The translations under genes and the position numbers were made by a program. A stretch of 51,422 nucleotides of DNA, counting the filler, from Sphacelaria rigidula (lineage: Eukaryota): the NCBI GenBank assembly GCA_964200075.2. It is 3 parts of 3 records of this genome, joined end to end, with 100 filler letters (N's around TTAATTAATTAA, not from the genome) between each part and the next. Parts side by side here need not be neighbours in the genome. Positions count along the whole stretch, not along the records: positions 1 to 17,084 come from CAXNAA020001174.1; positions 17,185 to 34,264 come from CAXNAA020001175.1; 1 more part is not named here. One strand, written 5' to 3'. The notes under the pieces were generated by a model that was not told the origin of the DNA, did no database searches, and saw only the letters and a program-made list of their open reading frames with translations. The first letter of the stretch is position 1. Every line of letters starts with the position of its first letter. Shown piece by piece: positions 12,986 to 24,100 of this stretch.

Positions 12986-14266
12986 AATTCGTTCGGCGGC
13001 TTGTCGTGGTAGTTTGGCGCAGTTGGTACTCTTGGGTCACATGGGAAAATGTAAGTAAGCGAGTGAATATGCGTGCGCCCTTGAACTGTATGCGGTGTGA
13101 GCATTTTTTTTAAACACCTCTTTGGCAACATGTATTTCACCACGTGGAATTTGACCCGTGACGATGGCGATGGTAATGGTAACGCAACACTTTCGGAACG
13201 GACTTAGTATGGCGGATTTCCGACAGCACTTGCGGTAAGCCACCAAGAGGGGCAATGGACATATATTTACGCTTCCTTGCTTGGCAGCACGCACGCAAGG
13301 TGTGCGTCAAGGTGCAGGGCCTCTGAACAAAGACATCGACAAAGAACAGAGGTGCTTGGCGATCCACACACAGACGGCAGTATGCATGTGGTATGAAACA
13401 CGCGTCCCCCACCTGAAAGTTACGGCCATGATCATATAGGAGCAGTAGAGTTCTGGCAATTTCTCTATCGTTTGTTTCCGTTGTGCAGATCAAGTACCTA
13501 TTGTACACGTGTGTGGCATGTACCGCTTGTACCCACCAACAAAGATGTAGCTTTCAAAGATAATTTCAAGACCAAAAACCGGCCGGGAAATGCCAAGGTT
13601 TGGGATTTTAGACGATTAGCTCCGCGGATTTGATTTTGCGGGCCGCCGACTATTTCGGGGACCGCGGCCGCGCATCCGGCGTAAAACGACCGTGTGACGC
13701 TACCTAACAGCGGTTCAGACGTTGCGCACTTGTACATATTCAAACACCAACAAGCAAAAGCTTTTTGTCTAGATCGCGAGTCTCGACAGTATGGACCATT
13801 GTGACAATTGCAAGAAAACGGACAGCCCTGCTCCAGAACTCAGCACACGCACTGTACGAGTACAGACGTACAGACAAAGTACATTATATGAAGTAATACC
13901 TAGATCAAGAAAGCACAAAAAACAGTGTTTCCATGAGATTGAGCGAAGAGGACACGATTGAGAGTGAAGAGTGGTCAATTAGTGAGTGAATCATTTCAGT
14001 TCCAAAATTCCCGTCGACGAGGCCCGATATGCTTTCTGCTTTAGCTTGCCACGGGGGCCCTTGATATCCCTGAGTAGGATATCGACGTGTAGCTGTAAGC
14101 ACACTTCAGTGATGGAGGCAGAGAAAAACACACACGGAATGAAAAATTGGCCAGCTTGAAGCGAATGATCAGAGCCAATCTCAATCAGCGCTCTACTCTC
14201 AATCTCACGAAAACGTTGTTGAAAGACGTTTCATTATAGTATTATTGCGAGAGTACGCGTTGGGTG

Positions 14267-14344
14267 TGTTCAGGAGCGAACATTTTGCCCATTGAACCAG
14301 TGAGCGCTCACTGGTTCAATGGATAAACTGCTCGCTCCTGAACA
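14267..14344. repeat. Palindrome with a perfect 34-bp core
   Basis: ccattgaaccagtgagc|gctcactggttcaatgg at 14289-14322 with outer arms tgttcaggagcga/tcgctcctgaaca; half-copy at about 14478. Confidence 0.75.
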
Positions 14345-14615
14345 AAAGGTATGTGGTTCGAGTGTTGACATGATCAACTGTGGGAGGAAAGTTTGACATG
14401 TGAACAAGTGGGGATTGCGAGGGGCGAAGGCCGCCGGAAATTACTGATGTGTCATGCCGGAGTGGACCACACAACGTCGCTCACTGGTTCAATGGGGAAA
14501 GTGTTCACTTCCCAAACACGGTGTGTCACGTGTAGCGTCCCCCGCATTAAACCCCCTTTCGCGGAAGGCCCTAATGCGCCATAAAGCAGGAGGAATTAAG
14601 CTAAATGGCTCGTTA

Positions 14616-14891
14616 GGCCCATTCATATCGACACAATGTTTCGGAAATCTCCGAAAATGTCGAGAGTGACAGGGTACCTGATGATTCTCGAATGCTTGCG
14701 AGCGCCACGGGGTATTCACGGGGAAGCTCTCCGAAGCGCTGCGTTGCAGTCCGGAGTTTTTGGACTCCTTCAAAGATGAAGCTTCGGAGAAAAAATCACG
14801 CCGCTCATTCTTGAAGAAGGCTGGACGCAGAGTCCGAGAACTCTGAAAAATCGGACATCTCTCGAGAAGGCAGTGTCGATTAAAATGGGCC
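14616..14891. mobile_element. PIF/Harbinger (Tourist-like) MITE
   Basis: TTA target duplication on both sides; TIRs GGCCCATT..ATCGACAC / GTGTCGAT..AATGGGCC. Confidence 0.6.
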
Positions 14892-17010
14892 TTACCGTCG
14901 AATTTCACAGAATGGACGGCCCCCGCCGGTCGCTGCGGGGGAATCTTGGCCGCCGACAGCGACCGTCAAAAGCCCCCAGAATGGATCAATGCTTCGCGTC
15001 GATTTGGTCGGAGGCCTTTTTCCACCCTGTCCTACACAGAACACGCCGACAACATCTTACCTCGTGAGAGCCCGACTTTCTGGTCGACGATCGACGCATT
15101 GTTCTAAGCCATTTCAAATGTGTGTATATATGTATATATATATATATATATCGATATTTGAATAGGTGCAATCGTCAGTTTCGACTGAGATACTGACAAT
15201 GATGCTGAAGATGATGTTCTTGCGCGCATAGCGCGACTAGCCAACCCCGTCGGGGCCACGACATGTCGATCGGTGTCGTGCAACCTCTAAGACTCGTGCT
15301 TGAGCCATCTTTCGCGCTCCGTGTCATTCTATGCGTTGCTTTCTGTTCCGAAGTGAACCCTGAGAGATGCGTGAAACCCTTCTATGAAGACTGCCGTAAG
15401 TAACCGAGGGAAAGTTTGTTGGTCGCCGTAGCGACGACGTGTCCGCCTTCCTAAAATTCCCCAGCCGACAACGAAATTACAGAAGCTTGCTAGTTTAGCG
15501 GTGTTGATTGAGTGCAGACGTTGACTGCAGTGTCTGGGCCCACGAACATGGCTGTTGCTGCTGTCTTATGCTGTTGTAAACACATATTTCACGCACGGTC
15601 GAGGGTACCCGAGAGCGTGAGTGTTTGCAATAAGGACACGAAGGAAACACCACGTGATCTCGGGGAAATTACATCTGAGCATAGCACAAAACCCTCTGTC
15701 AGCCGTCGGCTGCATACATTGTCGCTTAGATTACCCACTACATGAGGCGGGTATCCACCCGACTCTGGTACGAACGCTTGTTCTTGCTAACGACACCATC
15801 ACAGAGTGATGCTACGGTAGGGGTGCAGAAATATTGTCTGAGGTTAGAATTGTTAGGAGTCCTTAATCTCATGCAAAACACGACCTAAGAAACTATGTGA
15901 AAGTACGCCAGGATTATTACTCCAATGTGCTGGGGATATCCCGAATGGATTTGCAAACGGGGATGCCCTGACCAATATTTTTGTGCATCTAGAATCGTAA
16001 GGAGCCCCTGAACTAGATATAATTTCGCGAAAAAACGTGCACTTCTACCGTAACATTGCTCCACACCGCATAATAACATAACCCCGTCGCAAATGAACAC
16101 CACCGCTACAGCAGTAGGACGACAGATCGTAGTAGCCGCGGAGACTTTCGTGGGTGCCACCCCCACCCATGCTCGCACGATTGTCGCTCTTCGTACTGTC
16201 GACGACGGTTGCGGCAACTCCGGCCGCCAACTACCTGCGCCTTTCAAACTGAACCTTCGATTTTTACGCAGAAGGTTCAACTTGAAGTCGAACGCTCACC
16301 GTCGAAATTTACAGTTAATGTTGAACATGAAAATCGAACCTCATTACAGTGAACCTTAGACCCGAATATTAAGCAAACAGGTGATCTCCAACCTTTAACC
16401 CGAACGTTTGACCTGAAACCAGGACTGTCAAGTGAACCTTGGGGAGGGCTGCAAGTACAAGATCAAATGTAAGTATGTAACAACTCTGGTCTCTTGTGGA
16501 ATGCGAAAGTAGCGAATTTTGGCTCCGACATTCGACGAAATGCGACATTTACTTGACGAGATTCAAGAAGTATGTCTCCTAGTGATGGCCCTTCACCTTC
16601 CAGACTCTCGCTTTGAAGTTCTACACTTAATTTGAAAGTGGAGACGTGAAGTAGACCTCCAACCTTCGACTCACAGAGTTGTTCCTCTCATGTTTCCTCC
16701 TGCAATCACTTCCAACCCCTTCCCTTCCTCGGGACGAGTCTGTGGTCTCAAGGCATCCACTGGTCTCTCCCCCGACATATGCCCTATATTTTGGTATCGC
16801 GGCTTGGATCAGCACTCCCACACCGCGTTGACTGTCTTCTCACCAACTCAGCCCAACATACTTCTGTTGCTACTCACGCCCTCGCAATTTCAACGACTGA
16901 AATCAGATAATATGTACATACGAGTATGTAATACTTCTGAGAAAAAGCCAAACTAGATGCATCTGGTGGCGGGAATCGAATTCGCGTTTTTGTCGCCCTG
17001 ATGGTGTCAG

Positions 17011-17070
17011 TTAACAGCCGATTTTATATTTTGGGGTTCAAACAAAATATGGGGCTGAAGTGGCATATCT
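17011..17070. repeat. 60-bp repeat terminus just before assembly spacer 1 (also at 34205-34264)
   Basis: ttaacagccgattttatattttggggttca(a/t)acaaaatatggggctgaagtggcatatct, one mismatch between copies. Confidence 0.85.
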
Positions 17071-17084
17071 CTCTTGCACGAAAG

Positions 17085-17183
17085 NNNNNNNNNNNNNNNN
17101 NNNNNNNNNNNNNNNNNNNNNNNNNNNNTTAATTAATTAANNNNNNNNNNNNNNNNNNNNNNNNNNNNNNNNNNNNNNNNNNN
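17085..17183. other. Artificial contig spacer (N-TTAATTAATTAA-N, stops in all six frames)
   Basis: N runs around TTAATTAATTAA at 17129-17140. Confidence 0.95.
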
Positions 17184-17392
17184 NGAGGAGGAAGGGGGAG
17201 GGGGAGAAAAAAGAGTACAGTAGGAGAGAAAGGGTGAGCCGTGGGGTAATTCTCATACTGGAATCTCACTTTCTTCCTCGCAAATTTGTTCGATGTATTC
17301 AAGAACTTGCTTCACCAGGACGCTCATGCTCATTCCCAGTACGTGTTTTGTTGTCGTGTTATCACGCGTGTGTCGGAAGCAGCAATACTTAC

Positions 17393-17474
17393 GATTATTC
17401 TCTGGGCAGCAATGTTGTTGGGGGACAGCAACAGCGCTCGGTCGCAGCAGTCGATCGCGCGGTCTAGCTCTTTC
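17393..17474 (-). CDS. TPR gene exon (TPR4), last exon before assembly spacer
   Basis: cacag acceptor, gtaagt donor; GKELDRAIDCCDRALLLSPNNIAAQRII. Confidence 0.8.
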
Positions 17475-20400
17475 CTGTGTCGCAGGGCAAGAGAGCGCGA
17501 ACCACAAGCAGAAGTCCGTGGGAACGTTGAGTCGATGGGGATGGGGATGGGTGGGAGGATACTTACGATCTTGCATGCTGTAGTCATTTGAGCGTGGACC
17601 TCGCATCCCTACGAAGCCGGGACGGAGCACGCCGGGACCTCGCCAGAAGAGGCTCGTGCTCAATCACCAAGCGCGAAGGGCCATCATGTGTTCGGCGAGT
17701 CGCATGAGGGGTGACCTCCATCCTGCCAAGATTGTTCGGCTCGAAGCGTACTGATTACCTTGCACATAGATGACAGCCTCCTACGAGTTTCTTCATTTCC
17801 TGGTATCGACACTTCCAGAGACAGCCATGGCTCATACACTGCCTCATGGATGTGTCACCACTACAACACTACATAGTAAGATCATCTCCTTTGCGCGGAG
17901 TTGAGGTTCTCCCACGCTGCACAAAATTATTTAGCTCGGCCATCAGTATGGCTACCACAAAAAAAAAAAACGCAAGCGAGAAAAACGGCAACCTGATCAG
18001 GTCGCTCCCTTTAGCGAACAAAAAAAAAGTCCTGTGAAAACGCTTTTCTGGTCCTCTCCTCCGTCGTTTTACGCCCTGAAAGAGGGCTAGGCGGAGATTG
18101 ACACCTTGGAATGACATGCTCTACTATTTAAGGAGGTTCCAGGACATCTTCGCGTTTTCCAGTGGCCGCAGTTTTTGCTTTGGTCAAACAAGCGGTTCTT
18201 GTCCAGAGACGATCAAGTCTGCCACCGGAAATGCGAACATGTCCTGGAACCGGCTTAACGAGTACAGCAGTTCATTCCAAGGTGTTAAACTCGGCCTAGC
18301 TCTCTTTCAGGGCGTTGAACGACGAAGAACGGCGCACACGTACGTGTGTGCAAAAAGGGGGGAAGGGGATAACCCGAAAACTACAAGCAAAAATAGCAAA
18401 ACGAAATGCCTTATACAAAAAAAATGAGCGAACGGCAAAGGCATGCTTCGTTCATCCTGTCTTCTTCAATCCAGCCCTATCCATACGGGACCCCAACAGC
18501 AAACACGATAGTTAATAACAATAATCAGGGCAGTGATCACCGTTCGTTTCGCCTAGAGGCACATATGCCACAATTTCCTGGACCGACGATAACCAGCAGC
18601 AGATCATAAAACCCACGGAATGATGTCTCAATGTCGCCAACAGCACAACACTACCCCTACGTCGCACGTGCAAATACCTTTACGAAACAACACACCCTGA
18701 TAGCTGGCGTGGGGGGTCGAAGCGGGGGTCGACAAGCCCAGACATGGACACAAATCTGGGAGACAAGTTTCGTGTGAATGGGGTATGCCCAGCGGTCAAC
18801 AGTTGCCCAAGTTCTGGGTGACTGACCCTTACATACAGCCTTTGCTTCCAAGAAAAGGGGGGCTCCTGCCGTCTGTCTATTATCCGACATGAGTATCATG
18901 TTGACCACCATACCCATACCCATCCATCGGTGACAACATTTTGACGTACACCCACCCCACAGGAATCGACGATCTGGGCCCTGAGGTTCGCTTCACTACC
19001 CGTCATACTCCACGTATCCTATTCGCTGTACTACCAGCGTACACTCATTTTGATTGATCGATTCATCGATTCATTGTCGCACTTCAACTGTGCGATAATC
19101 AATCACTCATGCAATATATAGATACAGTAGGAGTCGGTTTCTCTCCCCGCACTGACCCTCTGAGGGCGAACTCGGCGTTGTCCAGGTGCACCTTCACCAC
19201 GTTGACGTTAGCCATGCCCAGGCGGCACTCCCTGCTGCGTCGAACGTCATCATCCAGCCGCGGATGCTGGATGGGCCATGGAAGGACAAAACATACACAA
19301 CAACAATAAAGGAGAACAGTATAACGTGACGAAAAAAATGGAGGTGAAGAGGTAGGTGAAGTCATGATCTTACATGCTGCATTCCCATGACCATTGACCT
19401 TGCCGTGGGATGGGGGGGCGTGTTCATTTGTTGCTTGCCTTAGTCGTTTGAGAATTGACCACGCATCCCTTTCGAGACGGAGCACCGTTTCTACTCCCAA
19501 TAGAGACACCTCCAACATTCTGGCGCTCATTGGGGGGGGCGGGTGGGCGGGTACTCATGTGTTGCTTTCTTCAGTCGTTTGACGAGTTACCACGCACCCC
19601 TTTCATTGATTGGCCTTCATTGATTAGCCTCGCATCCCTACAAAGCCGGGACGGAGTACGCCGAGTTTTAGCCGGACCAGACTCGCATTCAATCACCGAG
19701 CGCGAAGCGCCGTAGTGTGTTCAGCGATTCGCATGAAGAGTGAGCTGCATCATGCCAAGATTCTTTGGCCCGAAGCGTACGGATCATCTTGCATGAGAAT
19801 GACAGCCTACAATGAGTTCCTTCATTTTCTGGTATTGCCACTTCCAGAGACAGCCACGGCTTACACACTGCCTCATGGGTGTCCCACCATGTGAAAACTT
19901 CGTGTTAGATAATCCCCTGTGCGAGAAACGAAGGTTTTCCCACCCCGCACAATATAGATCTAGCTCGACCACCATCATGATTACCGCAAAACAAAACGCA
20001 AGCGCGCAGAAAAAAATCAGTAAGGTCGCTTCTTACGACAGACTAAAACAAAAATCTGAATAATTGCCTTTTTGGATCTTCTCGATCTTTTACGCCCTGA
20101 AAGAGAGCTAGGCGGAGTTCGACACCTTGGAATGACTTCCTCAACTAGTTGAGGCGGTGCCAGGACTTCTTCCCGTTCTCCGGTGGCCGCAGTTTTGACT
20201 TTGGCCGAACAAGAACTTTCGTCCAAGAAGGGTCAAGTCTAGAGAAAAATGGCTATTTTTCCTAGATTTGACCCTTCTTGACCGGTCCTGGACAAAAGAA
20301 TTTGTTTGGCCAAAGTCAAAACTACGGTCACCGGAGAACGGGAAGATGTCCTAGAACCACCTCAACGAGTAGAGCAAGTCATTCCGAGGCGTCAAAACCC

Positions 20401-21093
20401 GCCTAGCTCTTTTGTGGGGCGTACTCAAACTCTCTTGTGGGACAGAAAAAGACGTGAAAGCTCCGAAAAAGCACGTTTCCAGATTATTATTCTCGTCTGT
20501 TACAAGGAGCGGGCTAACCTGATTGCCTAGCTCACGCAGCGAGTGGCGTGTTTTACAGCGTCGTTGCCAACCGACGCCAAGGAAAAAAATTATGGAGGAT
20601 GACTTGAGAAAACACGAAACCTATTTACATACCTGAAAACTGAAAAGAGGGAGTTAGTTATAGATAGATAAAAGGTTTGTACATCATATTATAATCATCT
20701 TGGAGCTTGACCGAGGCTCTTGCCAAAGATCTCGGGCTTCACGAGATCTCATTATCTTCCGTTCGACCGCTGGAGATATACTGTAGTTTAGCAGTACCTC
20801 GTGGCTGTTTGGAGTAACGAACCGCCGCGGTAATCGTATTGCGGCTCTCAGATCATTGTCAAGGTGCGCACCCAAAAAAGCAGGAAGGACCACAGCCAAA
20901 AAACACATCAGCCGCAAATTCGTTTCCCGCCGCTTGGGTTATACGTACGTCCATAGTCCCTTTCTTGAACGCCTCGTCCGCCCCATGAAGATCCCCAGCC
21001 ATCAACAGTGCCTTGCCCATACGCGGATATGCCTGATGTCGACGGTAGATATCATGTGCATCGAGCAACGGGTAGCGAGAGGCGAGGGGAGGA

Positions 21094-21143
<50 letters not shown>

Positions 21144-24100
21144 ATTATGTGAGCATCGACCACACACGCAGCTGACTCTCTTCGCTTGTGCAGGACTACA
21201 CCTTCCTCGTTTAGGCTCTTCCCTCAGCCATACTTATCCGTTCATCAATCACTTCGTCCGCACTTTGTACCCATTGGAGGGGGAGTTCGTCCGGTCTGCC
21301 TTACTTGAGGTCGCTCACGCCTTTTTATCGTCAACACGATCAGAAGTGTGTCGCAACGACGAAAACGTCCCCTCCCCGCGCCCCCCGAAAGAAAAACACG
21401 CTTGGCTTCAGTAGTGTTCACCAGTTGGTCGATCAGAACCTTCCCGGAATTCTATTACTTAATTTGAGTGTAAACACCGATATTCGAATCTTTAGCGGGG
21501 CTGACAGCCCCAACTGCCCCTCGCGTGCGCAGAATGCGTTTTCGTCAAAATCGGCGCCTGCGGCGGCGTTTTGAGGTCTGCCAATGCCACACTTTGCCCA
21601 GGGAACGCTTCACACCCCTCTCGCCCGAGGGTTCTCGGTATGCCTTGGGTTGGGGTTAGGCTTGGGTTAGGGTTAGCGTTATTAAAAAAAAAATGTTTGC
21701 AAGAAATTTCGTCATCGACCAAGTGGTCAACAAACCTCCCTGGCTTACGTTCACGGGTACAATCTTACGTGTGGCAGTACCTCTTCCCCAACTTGCTCGT
21801 TCTTATACAAAACGCACGACAGCACCAACCATCACGACACAATTCTCACACTTCGCCAACAGGAGGAAGGACGCCTCCGCCCCTCGCACCCCGTTCCGTT
21901 TCCTACGTAACCTCACCACGTATCTAGGTCGTGGCTTGTGGCCGTGTCTTTACATGACAATCAATCGCACGGACCCTCAGCGACTTTCCAAAAAGAGTAT
22001 GGCCGACCACACACAAGCAAACGTCAGACGTCCGTGCCTCGCTCCACATGAATCAAATATTTCTTCATTACCTGAGCCCATTCCGGCTCCGCGTTCAACG
22101 CCATGGAGCAATCGATCACGGCACTTCGGTAACGGCCGCTCATGATGTGGGCCGCTGCCCGGCTCCAGTACAGCGGCGCTAAGCGCCCGCGTCCGCCGTC
22201 CCCCGGAATGGGCTTGCCGCCGCCTGGACCCCGTCCGTCCCCGTGCGCCGCCACGTGCTGCAACAGCTCCTCAAGGGAGGCGATAGCCGTCGTGTACTCC
22301 ACCGAGGCTGCTTCGAAGCTGTTCTCGCCGACCAAGTTATGCCGAAATTCATTCCATTACGGTGTTGTTTTTTCATGTTGTTGTTTTCAACGTATACATG
22401 TCCCACATTCAGTCATCGATGTCATCACCGTTCGTGTTGGGTTGTGCGACGGCAAAGCAACAACAACAGGAGGAGGAGGAAGAGGGAGAGGACGAGAAGG
22501 AGGGGTAAAACAGCAACCAAAACAAGAGGCACGGGCATGGGCAAGCATATATATGAGGCATGCACAATGCGCGAGGGAAAATACTACACGGAAAAAGAAG
22601 AGATGGAGAAAATATTTATATGAGGCATGAAAAAAAAAAAAAACGATATGACTTGAGGCGTGGCGCCCCAGAAAAAAACGTTTGCGATGACACAATACCG
22701 GCTGTCGAAGTAGCCGGCAAACCACCCAAAAGATGGGGATGGTGGGGGGAGGGGGGATGTTGAGATGTCGCTTCGTGAGTGATTTCGCTGTTGTCACAAG
22801 CATGAAATAATGTATCGAAATGGTTTTCATCGAACTTCATTGTTGTCGATAGTTGAACTTCGACTACCTCCACAACGCCGGGGCAAGAAAAAGTGGCGCT
22901 GCAGGTATAAGAGGAAAGCGAAGATGTGGTCGGCTGTGAGGTCAAGATTTGATTGCGTATCGCAAAAAAAATGCTCATGTGATGCTCAGTGTCGACCATT
23001 ACTCACGTCTCGGGAAAAGATAGGGACGTCAGTCTGCATCGCATCAACGGAGGTGAGTTCAGTAAAGCACGTTGGGAAAACAAACCACCCGAGCAAGGCA
23101 AAGGAATGTTGCCGCACCACTTGTCCATGTAGGTGCGGCGAGCGCTCTCCTTGTCCGCTTCGTGTCGCTTCCGCAGCCGATCCAACTTCGCCGCCGCCTC
23201 CAACCGTTGCTGCTGCTCCCGCGCCGCCTTTTGCCTGCCACGGCACGAAAACACGAACGAGAAACGCGAGCAGAAGAGGGGAAGAAAAAAAAAACGTACG
23301 CGTGATTCATGCCCGCAGGAATAGCATACCATTCCTGTACTGTGCAAACAAGGTCCGACGAAGTCGTGAATGATGTGCGCAAAAATCGTACGCATCCAGA
23401 CGGTGAGTTTTTGCGTTCGATTTTGTGGTGGACTAATATAAGGGGCACGTGGAGATCATATTGCTCCACGGGTCATGCATGATGTACTCATCAACAGCTT
23501 GTGCCTCACTTCTCTTCGCGTTCCCGCTGGGCCTCGGCCTCCTTCCCCCTCAACCACGCCTGCATGATGGCATCAGCCCCTCCACCTACACTCCCACCCC
23601 CACTCACTCCCCCACCCACGCCGCTCGCTACCGTTCCCCCGGCCGCAGCCGACGCAGCAGATGCGTTCCGACCAATGTTTCTGCTGATGGCGGCCAAAAC
23701 GTCGTAGGCAGGGTTGTAAGGAGGCGGAGGGGCGTCGTCACTACCCTCCGCAGTGGGATTCGCACTCGCGGGGGCGGCAGCTGCTGCGAACAGCGGTTGA
23801 CTGTTGTTCAGCTGGCCCGGGCTGCCGCCGGCAGTCACGGCGGATGGCGAAAGCCCCTGCAGCTTATGCAGGCCGTGCGGCTTCGCCTGCTGTCGCTGTT
23901 GCTGGAGCGGCGGAGGGCGCGGGAGCGGCGACGCTTGAGCCGCCGTCCCGTCCTTATCCATGGCAATGCTGCTAGCGACGCCTTGACGAGTTTGTTGTTG
24001 TTGCTGTGGCTGCGGTTTTTTTAGCAGGTTTCGGGTGCTGGCCCTGAGATACGAGGGTGTGGTCACGTCGTGAGGCCGGGTAGAGCGGAGCGGGGTGAGC

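Noticed and set aside
16960-17000. tRNA-like 3' end on the minus strand (ttcgattcccgccacca)
   Set aside because: T-stem pairs poorly and there are no D or anticodon arms
17129-17140. TTAATTAATTAA as a biological motif (also 34309-34320)
   Set aside because: Synthetic six-frame-stop linker embedded in N runs
23007-23033. 27-nt candidate exon (gatgcag...gtgagt) in the TPR gene
   Set aside because: Inclusion creates a stop with the preferred donor or breaks TPR spacing; direct joining of 23118 to 22318 fits the consensus
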